A stretch of 64,000 nt of DNA from Klebsormidium nitens (Eukaryota; Plantae; Klebsormidiophyceae). The DNA lies in contig DF237069.1 of assembly GCA_000708835.1 (NCBI GenBank), forward strand, positions 62,001 through 126,000, written 5' to 3'. Below, piece after piece: positions 47,035 to 58,374 of this stretch. How positions within the stretch are numbered: the first letter of the stretch is position 1; the number at the start of each line of letters is the position of its first letter. A program made the position numbers and the translations under genes. A model generated the notes under the pieces. It did not search any database. It saw nothing but the letters and a program-made list of their open reading frames with translations, and was not told the DNA's origin.

Positions 47035-49149
47035 ATGTCGGATTCCCAAGAGGTGGTCGCAGGTGCCGGATGGGGTAATCTTTCGCTAGATGAACCTTCA
47101 TCACGTCCAAGTACAAGTTCAAAGCCTGCTACTGTTCCTAGTGAAAGTACTCGAGCTGCAGCAATTGGTGGTCAAGGCCAGATGCCCGAGTGCTCTAGAT
47201 GGAACTGCATTTATCCTGCCTACATTGACAAGAAGAAGTCGTCGCAGCAGGGGCGGAGGGTGCTTGCTACCCTGGCTGCAGAGAATCCACAGGCGTATGA
47301 GATTGCCGATTGCTGCACGTACTTCAAATTGCCAACAGTCCTTGAGGTACATTCTGCTAATGCTGAGACTTTCTTCATAGGAAAGGTGGTGGTAAACTGT
47401 ACGCATCAGCGACATTCCCTGACAGCGTGACCTTTGACTGCCAGCCTCAACTCATTGGTGACACTCATTTCTTTGCAAGATTACTCAAGAGCTTTTTCTA
47501 CACAAATGGAAGGATTCTTAGAAAGCAGTTGGGGACGATCTGACCCATGAGCAGGTTTGAAGGTCTTCAAGAACCTGGATGCCCCAATTTTCAAGCAGAC
47601 TTTTATAAGGCTTGTTCATTTGCGGAATACTAAGTATTTCTGCCTTCTTTGATCTCGGCTTCTCTTCTATAGAAGGTCGGCTTCTCTTCTGTAGAAGGCC
47701 GCCCTTAGCGTTCTTTCTGGGGGCGCATTTCAAGGACAGCTGCAGTTCAGCAGTACGAATCAGGGTGCCCATAGATCTCTGTGCTAAAGTCTTTGCTTCT
47801 AGAAATTGAGATTACTGTTATCTCCGTTAAGAAGCCAGTTCAAGAGCACACTCGTTTCAGGGGGGACTTTGCAAACTTTTCTGGTTACGTGATTGTCATG
47901 ATTGTTGCGACACACCGGGTATCACTCAGTCTGTGATCCAAAGATTCTCTAAGCTTGTCCTCCGTCCAACACTCTTCCGTTGAATGGGCTGCTTCTTTCA
48001 CATCAACCACCTTCCGCTAATTCAGTTGTTTCAAGTGTCATCCATTGCGTTAAGATTCGAAGAGTTGCTGTGGGTATTTCATTGCGGTAAGCCATATGCT
48101 GTTGCCTGTCTTTTGACACTTGGTGCTTTGGTGCCACCCATCGTTTGGGCAGACTTCAGTTACAGGTAGACTCAAAACCAACATGCACTACTTTGCACAT
48201 CTGACCTTGCAATCAAACTGCAGTTGAACAAGAGCTACTCGAGAGACTTCCTTCAGCCTGGGAGAGTGAGGGTTCAGATAAAGCGAGAAGACGGCTCGCC
48301 TGTGAACCCAGCAATACCCAATCGTAAGTCTGTCTTCTATCCGGCATATAATCGAACAGTTATGGAAATCCGCTCTGTTGGCAGAACTCGCTTACACACT
48401 CTCTGTCTCTGTCGCTGCTCCCCCGCCCAATTCACCTTTGACTACGTTGCTTTCGTCTTCATTGTAAGCCATCTTCCGATTTGGCTGTGACAAGATGCTC
48501 ATTCTATTCTTATCGTGTAATCATACCTCTTTGAGAGTCGAAACTCGGATGGATTCTTACAACACGGTTCTCAGTCGACTCAGGGCTTTAAAGCTAGGGA
48601 ACTGCAGGCAAGAGATTTTCCACAGAGTCTGCTTGCTGCTTCTTCAACTCGAAATCGTACTTCGAAACCAGCTATGAAGCAAGAATGGTTTGACCCAGAC
48701 ATGCAGGAATCGCAGAAATCGTCGTTCTCTGTTCTACATTTGCGAAACTTCTGGCAAGTGCCATCGATCAAGCCACTTGTTGAATGGTTTGGAAGGCTGG
48801 CTGGGAGCAAGAAACAACGGCTCCCTGGTTATCTCGCTGAGCGAAGCCAGTTTGATTAATTGGTATTCGTGCAGAGGATGTAGCCAGAACATGATGAAGA
48901 TTTGGTCAACCAGCTCGATTGGCTCTCGCAGGACCATTGCATCGCGAACACAGTTTCACGGGAAAGAATTATAGGGTACAAAAGTCAATCTCTTTTGTGG
49001 CACCGATTTTTGCAGGGAAGAAGTTGCTCGAGGAGGTGGCCAAGATGGTGCCCAAGCACACGGGTAGGCAAAAGAAAGCGGCAGAACCGGCTGCAGGGGG
49101 CAGTACTTCTGGTGCAAAGTCCGGGAAATCGGGAAAGAAAAAGAAGTAG
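47035..49149 (+). CDS. SRP19: Signal recognition particle 19 kDa subunit
   Basis: Exons 47035-47346, 48224-48323, 49016-49149. Motifs WNCIYPAYIDKKKS..QGRR, KSYSRDFLQPGRVRVQIK, Lys-rich C-terminus. Confidence 0.95.
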
Positions 49150-50277
49150 ATGTTTTTGCTGTGAGGTCCTGAGTTGCTGTTGGAAAACCAATCCTTTGCA
49201 GGGTACAGACCAACACGAGACATGGTACTTCCTTTATTGAGTGCATGATGACGTAGGTAAATAGGGTCCGAATTTCACTGTTCTCAACCTCAATATCTGT
49301 ACCTTCCCTAAGGACAAACAAGCCTGCCCTGACCCACCCTTGCCCCCCTGACTGACCGACCAGAATATACTGGTTGCCTCTGGTGATTCGAGCATTCTAC
49401 TACTAAGCACTCCGACTCCATGCAGTCAAGTGACCCCGATGAGGTATGCGTGGTACTGACGTTCAGCGCCGGAGTGTGCTGCATTCGTCTAGATTGAGAT
49501 CAAATGGTATGTATTTCATAAACATGCCATGTACCGTTGAGGGGCATATATATGGTCCAAGTCTTTTCTAGAGTTCTAGAATTTGACTGCTCAGAGTGTC
49601 AACTGGATGCAGCAGACAAGGACAGTAGCTTCCGATGTCACATACCTATATGATCATGCAAGCAGTTTGATATCTGATATAATTCAGTCCATTCCCAGGT
49701 GTTCCTTCAATCCGAAGTTGAGTGTTGATGCAGGTTTCGAGTAGAGTATATATGGCGCGGAATTTGTATACTTCTCTGTTGTTGTGACCCTATATCTAGA
49801 TCCAAGGTGCATGGCGTAGAGTGCATTGTCCGCAAAGTCAAGGCTTTTGCTGTGCCTGACAGTTGCAGCTGATGGTTCAAGTTACCTTGGTTTCAAGTGT
49901 AAATCATAAGTTTATCGGTATAACAATCCTTCACCAAAGAAGTTGTCGCAAAAATTATGGAACATTGCAACTTTGAATTGCCACGATGACAAAAATCCAT
50001 TGCGCACAAAATGTAGATTCGTGCATGTGGTGTGAGAGATTGCTCATGAATCAAAAAGTTTGACAACCGTGTTACATCAGCTTGTTGTGCCGTTTGACCA
50101 ACTGGACAAATTTTTCAAACTTTATGAACAATGTTCCTCGCTACAGCTGACATCAGTCTGTGCTCTGCGACCGGAAGAAACACAATCCATGTCAGCAATT
50201 TTTTGTCCGGAACTTGTTATTGCTAACACAACTCTGCTCTTGATCTCAATCAGGTGTTGCAACTGCAATATCTTGCC

Positions 50278-52813
50278 TTACTGCCCGGGCGAGAAAGCGG
50301 TGGCGTAGGCAAAACCTGCAAGGACATTGGCAGCTTTCAGTCAGTGTACACTTCCTTCCTCGCAAGTTGCTGCTTCAATCCAATTGGTAGTTTTTCCACA
50401 GGCATGCCATGATTATCACTACAAGGAGAGATATAGCTGCAAAATTACAACATTCTTCATGGTGCACTTCACAAATATCCATGAAAGACGTACCGTTGTT
50501 GGCACCAGGATCAGCCAGATGATCCTGGAGGTTCTGGAGAGGGCCCTTTCCAGTGACCAGGGCCTGGACAAAGAACCCGAAGCAGGAGAACATAGCCAGT
50601 CTGCGATAAGCAGTAAAAGTGTCAGTCATCTGCCTATGACCAGTTCCCCAGTTCTGCTTTTTGATTTCCCAATATTCATCGTTTGAGAAGATGGAATCTG
50701 TTAGGCAATGGTACACTCAATAAAGGGCCTGCAGTGACAGGTGCAACAGGGGGAAGAAATGCTGCTGGCCTTGTAAGCCCAGTGCTCATCAGCTCCACGA
50801 CGACTCCTCAAGAAACGAAAAATGTGTACAGACCTTCCGTTCTTAATCTCCTTCACCTTCAGCTCAGCAGCCGCCTCAGGGTCGTCTGCAAAGCAACAAA
50901 TGTTAGGTCCAAAACTTCCAAAACTCCGAAACAAACAATGTAACACGATAGAGGAAGGATGAGCTCAACGATGAGCCTACCGTTTCAAAAGAAATGCCGA
51001 CACTTCTGTTGTGATCAGGAGTGCCGAACCCAAGACTGTCTAATCAAAGACACCAGCTTTGCAATTTTGTCAACACTGTATGTCTCCACTTTAGAACCTA
51101 TTATGTTCACTGAATTTAGGGTAAGCACTCATTCAACACCCACCAGCAAGACCCAAGGGGTCAAAGGCACCACCAGGGTACAGAGGGTCATCCCTCTCCT
51201 GGAAACCCTCCAAACCATTCACGCGGTACCCCTCAACGGCACCCATCAGAATAACCTGCAATTGTTCAAACAGTACAGAGTTTGACAATGCCCTCAAAAG
51301 GGACGAAGTAACTTGCAATATAAAAACGACATTGCATCAAGAGATGTTCCTTGAACTGCAACAAGAGCTAGAACAGTGCGTGGCTTTACCTGGCAAGCAA
51401 GGGTGGCAAGGATGCTCTGGGCGTGGACGAGGGAAGAGTTGCCGAGGTAGTTCAGGCCATCGCTGTCAAAGATCTGAGCACCAGCCTTGAACCAGACAGG
51501 CTCCTTGATTGGGATACCTGTAGACCATGGAAGATTTAAGTAGAAGACACCTGTGTTTGGTACTTTGCTAGATATTTATGTGAATCTGGGCTTTGCATAA
51601 CAAAGACTCTGCTCCTGCTTCTCTGACTCAAGTCCAAGATGCATGCATGTTCCAAGGACAACTGACATGGTGAAAGAGACTGGATAATAGAGCTCCACTC
51701 ATTCCTCACCACTGTCAGCCAGAACCTCAGGCAGGATCATGCCCAGGGCACCAAGCATAGCCCATCTGGAGTGGATGACCTCAAGCTCTCTGTTCCTGCG
51801 GAAGCTCTCAGGGTCTGCTGACAGACCGCTGCTGTCCCACCCGTAGTCACCAGGGTATGTTCCTGCAAGTGGAGGAGTGGCACGGAGTCAGAGGGTGATA
51901 CTGAAGGTACTACATGAATACACCTATTTGAATTGCAGGAGGCTACTTCTGAGCTGGCCCCACCCAATATGCCAGCAATGGTACTCAAGATGCAAAGAGC
52001 ACACATCAGTGAAATATTCTGTCAGTCATTGGGGCAAAACTTAGCAATCAACATTCTTACCATCTCTAAGACGTTCAAACAGCCTTTAAACAAACTCTTT
52101 GTAAGCAAGTCTCAAAGAACGACTGCCAATAAGCAGTGCAACGAAGAGGTTTGGTTGCCTCACCATCCAAGTAGGCAGGTGTGCCACCCTCAACCTCGCT
52201 GAAGGGGCCTGTTTGCAAAAACAAGAACAAGGAATGAATTCAAGGGGCGTTCAAGATTCATCAGAATAGACATAACCAACCATGCTTGGTGCGGGACATT
52301 TAAAAGTACTTTCATCCCTCCATTTTACTGTTTTGGACACGACTACTGTAATGCGCGCATTGGATCGGTGCATTATAGAGTACATTGCTTTGATTGATGC
52401 ATATGACCAACACTGATTGGTGCACACTTGAATAGAGACACGCAATGCACAGGCGCATCTTCTCACGTTTCCTCCATCTATCAGTTCATTTGGGGAATCT
52501 CATAATCACCAGTTTCAGTGCCAAACTCCTGGAGCACTACATCATTCATCATGTCAGTAGTCTAACAATGCACACCATTCAGCAATTGGAGAAGAAGCGA
52601 CATACCGAGGTACTTGGCCCTGTCAGGTCCATACCACTTGCCCAGTCCGCCGGCGCCGGGCTGAGTCTTCAGACCCGCAACATTCCTGGAGCCACCGGTC
52701 TTGCGCATCACCATGGCAGAGCCATTGCTGACCTGGGACAGCTCCTTGGCAGAGCTGATGGCAGCAATGCTGCTGATGGAAGCAACACCCGAGGTGGCGA
52801 GGGAGGAAGCCAT
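50278..52813 (-). CDS. LHCB: LHCII-type chlorophyll a/b-binding protein
   Basis: 8 exons. Transit peptide, then [81 protein letters not shown], ending [11 protein letters not shown]. Confidence 0.96.
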
Positions 52814-53314
52814 GGCAATTGGATACTAGATTGCTATCGTTGGATGGGGGGAAATGATCAACTGGAATATGGCGTTCCGGGCAAAGAAATGCAACTTTGG
52901 CCTTCCGGTCGGCTGGGAATCTGCCGACGATGCACAATGAGTCATGACTCATGACAATGTGGACTTCGGTTTCCCAACAACCGACTAGACTGCACATCCA
53001 ACGGTTGCGATTGCAGCGTCAAGGTGAAGATATCGCACGCGAAGGCTTTCGAAGCTTACAAGTGGCACGCCTTTTTGGATAAGAATCACCCGCGGAACAC
53101 TTTAGAGGTTCTGAAGATGGAAGGACACAACAAGGAGACCCTATAAGTCTTCTGTAGGTTCGACGGTCGTGATGGGCGGTTGCATGTCGATTGGATGCAT
53201 GCAAGTGACATAAAGGCCGGTCCAATCATGCGAACTTGCTGTCCACGTGGCAGCCTCTGATACGTGCGAATGGGATTCGATAGCAGCCTGTGTGTTCCAC
53301 GCGGGAAGTTGCGA

Positions 53315-53525
53315 GTACGGTACACTGTACAGGAAAGCCTGGTACCGGACTTGAGCTCAGCCACTCACATAATACCTACGGTTGGAGTCTGGACAATGGA
53401 AAAGTTAGGTACCGTACCTAGTACCGGTACCTACTGGGTAGGTACCGTCCTTACCGTACTACCTACCTAGGTACCGTACTGAGAGCTGTACAACTTCCAA
53501 GCTGAGTAGACCTACCGTACGGTAC
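53315..53525. promoter_or_regulatory. Dense GTAC/CCGTAC cluster (candidate SBP-box/CuRE sites) 0.5-0.7 kb upstream of Lhcb
   Basis: 15 GTAC tetramers in 211 bp by hand count, six in a CCGTAC/GTACGG context. Includes a 10-bp inverted repeat at 53425-53447. Confidence 0.45.
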
Positions 53526-54849
53526 CGGTATCCTGACATCAACAGGTTTCCCAGGCCATGGTCAAATCGCCAATTTTGAAAGTCCATTGTGCCATTGGAC
53601 ACACACACAAATCATACATGATGTACTAGTATGTCATGAGAAGCCTATTCGCCTACGGCCTATTTCAATGGCTACGGCGAGTAAGAAAAGAGACCATCGC
53701 TTAACTGGCATTTGAGGGCATGGGCGCGGGATGGGCGCCGCATAAGGGCAAGGTAACAAGGTAAGGAGGGGGTAAAGACTCCGCAGTGGTCATGCAGTGA
53801 GCTACATTAGTGAGGCTCGATGAGCCGAAAGGTTTCGAGTCCGATCCCCGGTCCGATCAAACACCAGTGCAGAGGATACCTAACAGGATGACAGAAAAGA
53901 GGCCATTCATAGAAGCAAGCAACCCACTGAGTTTCTTCTCTAGTGAAAAAATCATGTAAGTATGCCATGAGAAGCAGGCCGAACTGTTTGGCGGTCACGG
54001 TCGCGTAAGCACTGGCTACGGCGTCGATCATGCACAAGACCATCAACCGCGGCCTTTTATCGTCCTATTACGACCAATCGAACGATAGCCGAGGTCTAAG
54101 TGCATTTGGGCCTCCCATTGCCCGGCAGACTACAATCTGGGATTGACAATCTGCAAATTACTTAACATGTTTTCATGCTACTCAGATTCTGAAAAGATTG
54201 CCGCGATTCGCAGACAACAGGCCGCGGGCTGGCATTGTTGGAATCATGCTTCCGTCCCTTCACTATAGAATCGGCTCGCCGGACAGCTTTGACTTCGAGC
54301 TTACAGGCTTGCCAGCCAGAGTTCAATGTGACCCGCAAAGTTGCAGAATCATGGATTATTCTTACCACTCGACCTGCGTTGAGTACTTAAACATTGCCAA
54401 TGCGAGAAAACGGGATTCTCAAACAGATTTCAGGGGCGCCCGCTTCTAATCTCCTTCTAAGTTTAGTCCCGGAGCTACCGTACTTGTCTAAGCACTTGAA
54501 AACATACAAATTCACATCCAACTTATCTTTGATCTCACTTCCTTGAAACATGCAATAAAATAGCCAGTAACTCATGGTTGTCCAAACGTGCAAGAGCATG
54601 ATCTTGATATAATGATAGGCATGAGCTACGATCATGAACTAAGATCGTAATTCATGCCGAGTCAAAACAGCATATGAAGCCTAAAAGGGTCACCATGATC
54701 TCGGGCTCGTCCATCTGATGACTATGGGACTTAGAACCTCTTTGCTGCGTTGAGATCTAGGCACACGCTGCACATTTCGAGCTCGTCCTTCTCTGCCTTT
54801 GCGGGCACAACCCAAAACGTGAAGTCACAACTGACATTTGTAAGATGGC

Positions 54850-57380
54850 TTATCCCAATCCCTGGTGCGGACTAGCTAACAAGAACTTAATTTTAGACAA
54901 CGGATCGGCAGGTAGATCGAGCTGCTTGAGCGTGGAAGCCCAAAGCTCCTCAACAAGCATCTCATCTCGAGCTATTCGAGGTACGTCATTGGGCTCGAGA
55001 TTTGAAAAGTAGTAAGGACCACTTCTATATTGTTGACTCCTAATTGCGCCAGCTACTTTGATAACCTCTTCATTTGTAGCAACAAAAAGCGTACATCGAG
55101 CGCCTGTGACAGCAGAGACAGACACCCATGTCAAAGAAGCAGCGATCGCAAGATTGGCGTGCTGAGCATGCACTTCACGAAAGGTAAACCTATCTACTAG
55201 AACAAAATTGCTGATGCATCATGAGGACCTTGTGTAGGGTATCCAGTATTAGTTGAAACCAAGAAGAGATGGAAGAAGAATGGTTCCAACCTTGACTAGG
55301 CGTAAGGAGAATACTCGATAGCAAATGCTTCTGGAGCCGTTGAATGAACCTTGGCAACGACCTCGCAACGTCCGTCAGGGCCTCCCCAGGATGGAGGGCG
55401 ATGCAATTAATGCCCGAAGACTCGGAAAGTTTCCTTTGCAGAGCGTTTGTAAAGATCACCTGGAACAGTCAGAGTCAGTTCAGCACAGTTGGTCGTGAGC
55501 AATTGAGAGGCTGTGGGGGCTGTTTTATAACGTTCATGCAGCACTGCTGTATGCTTTCCTAGCAGCAATCAGAATTTTCATTCTTCCAACGGCAGGATTT
55601 GTGGCGCATTACCAAGCCGCTCCTTGCAATTGTCGTGGCCCCATGAGCGATTTACACACTAGCAAAACCCCTGTGCACATCTCTGACTCCCTTTTCCGCT
55701 CCCCTTGTGGGCGAAAATCTCCCAAAGTCAGGTCTCCTCAGTACATGCTTCTTAAATTTCTGGCTACTCTTCGCTTTTGCCGTTTCACGAGGTCTACCAG
55801 AGTGACGGGGCGCATACCTGTGCGAGCTTGCTGTTTGAATAGGCCTTCACAGACCAGTAGCTTTCTGGCTGGGTTAGGTTGGGGTCGTCAAGGTCGATCG
55901 AGCCCAGCTCTTGCATCATGGAAGATACCATGACAACTCGAGAGGATCCCGCTTGCGCCAGGTAGGGCAGCAACAGCAGGGTCAGCAGCACTGAGGCTAG
56001 GTAGTTAATGCCCCAGTGCTCCTCCAGCCCGTCTACAGTCTCACGCCGAGGGGCTGGGCAGAAAGAGGGGTTGCAAACGCTGTGATAAGAGAGCTGCGCG
56101 GCGAAAGATCAGGACAACCCTGAAGAGACTGGCGGCGACATCAGAAGAGGTCACGCTTTTCTCTTCGTAGTGGTGCATCATAAGCAAGAGGACTCCGCAA
56201 AGGAAACATGTGAAACTGCCATTCGTTCTGCCTCCTGGCGACAGGACATCATTCTATGCTGCTCTCATTCAATAAAATTCCCACCGAGACCAAGGGCAAC
56301 ACAGCCTGGGGCGGGAGCCAGGAAAGCTTAACATATTCAAAAAGCGCTGACCTGTCCACTCCAACAACGTCTATTTCCAAGCTGGGGGCAGATTAATCAG
56401 GACAGATTTGCCATGCGCATCAGATATATTAACAGACGAGTTTAGAGTAGACGCAGTAGAGTAATTTGGTTGAGCCAAGGGTTGGCTGAACGTCTTTGGG
56501 ACAATTTGCAGGGTAAATGTTGGGTTTGAGTTGAACGAGACTGAAAGTGTACAACATCTTCTCCAGCAAGTGACAACAGATTGCACTTGCGTCTGACTAA
56601 GAGTCCACTATGACGGTTTTGCCTGAGCTACCTCGTCCCAAAAAGGTACCCTGTTTCTTTAGGCTGGACTTTTTCCTGAAACTTCAGACTTTCATTGATT
56701 GAGATTCCCAAGCCGTTTCTTACCACCCATGTTGAAGATCCCTGCGTTATTAATCAGGACGTGAACTGGCCCCCCACGGGCCTTCCAGCCACTGACGAAG
56801 GTTCGAACACCTTCCAAGGAAGAAAGATTGAGGCATCGGACCTGCAGAAGTGATTGGAAGACCTTTCACTCCTGATGTGCCATCATGCGGGGCCTTCGGA
56901 ATCTTCGCAAGTATGGCTTGTGAGATAGTCAAGCACTTACCAAGAAAAGGGAACAACTGTTAGTGGTGCCCCAGCCAACAAACTTTATTTGTACTGGCAG
57001 AATTGGGAGCACCGCATATGATCAAGGAAGGGAACAGCCGTAGACTCGCAGTTGACAACAGACTGAAGGATCACCTCCGTGCTCAGTGCCCGCCCGCTCT
57101 CTTGCGCCCATTTTGCTGCCAACTCCTGTCCTCTCTGAACGTTCCGACAGGCCAGCACGACATGCGCTCCCGCTAGTGCAAGCTCCTTGGCAGTCTCCAG
57201 GCCGATGCCCGAGGTGGGGCCAGTCACAATGCAAGTCTTGCCTCTGATGGAGGGATGCACAAAGGTGGAGGCCTCAGAGGAGAGGTGCCGTGTGAACCAT
57301 CGCTGCGCAATGGCGTCCCCAGCCACCCGTGAGAGCGCAACTAGAAACTCCAACCACGTTGGGCCGTAGATCCGTGCCAT
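54850..57380 (-). CDS. Short-chain dehydrogenase/reductase (retinol-dehydrogenase-like, similar to plant FOREVER YOUNG oxidoreductase)
   Basis: Exons 57380-57075, 56841-56724, 56053-55818, 55459-55291, 55103-54850. Motifs TGPTSGIG, LINNAG, YSNSK (YxxxK), LHPG. Confidence 0.92.
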
Positions 57381-58374
57381 GGTTCTTGCAGGATGGTACA
57401 GCAGCTGTTCTCTTCGCCGCTGTCTCTCCCGCTTGGTGGTGGTATGACATGGACTGAGAATTATGTCAAGACATGTGCAAGCTGATTTAAGTGTCCATCA
57501 TTTGTCAATCTGCTAACGACAGATCTCCAACGACGAGCACGCTGGGACTGTCTTGCGTATCTCTGTTTGACTGCTTGCTCGTCTTGAAAGCCAACGTTCT
57601 GTTGTGATCGGCGCAAGAGCAGCGCCTCCTTCTGGATTAATAGGAGCTGAATTGCACTTGCAAACAAGATCAACATCAGCTTCAAAGCCTGTCCCTGAAA
57701 ACACCACCACTGTTTGAAACTTTCAACTGCAGTGGAAGAACGAATGCCACTGTTCTGTTGCCAGGGCAGATTTGCCAGTGTTTCAAACTGAATCAAATGC
57801 ACCATATAGTCAGCAGACAGCACAGTCACTCGCGCTTGCGGAAAAGTTGTGAAAAAGGTTTCGACATTGAAACTTTCTTGGGAACAAAAATAAATTGTAG
57901 AAATTGTTGTGTCGAAAAAAGTACAGCTTGGTCGAACGGAGCAGTAAGTTAACCCGAAGGGACAAATCAACCGGGTCCCGGCATATTACCTACCGTACAT
58001 GCAAAAGCTAGAGTTCTGACCGCAGCCGGTTACGGTATCCGTGCCCGGGAGATCCTGTAAACCCTTCCAGAGATAAATCAGGGTTCCGAAGACCGAGCTC
58101 AATGTAAACCCAATTCTTACCAGAGCCCTCCAGTCCACCACGGTGACCACCTGGCCAGCTCAATTGCAGAGCGTCCGCCGTCCGGTCCAAAGCCTGTGGC
58201 AAAACTGGGCAAAGGCAATGGCGGCTCTTTCGTGAACAAGCGTTGTGACCGGGCCCGGGGTACGAGCCAGCGCCTTTCGAGGTCAATTGTTTGGCACGAG
58301 GATGTGGTGACCTTGCAGCTGAAGCAAAACTTGTAATTCTGGGCAGGGCGGTCCATTCCGGGAGCCGAATCACA

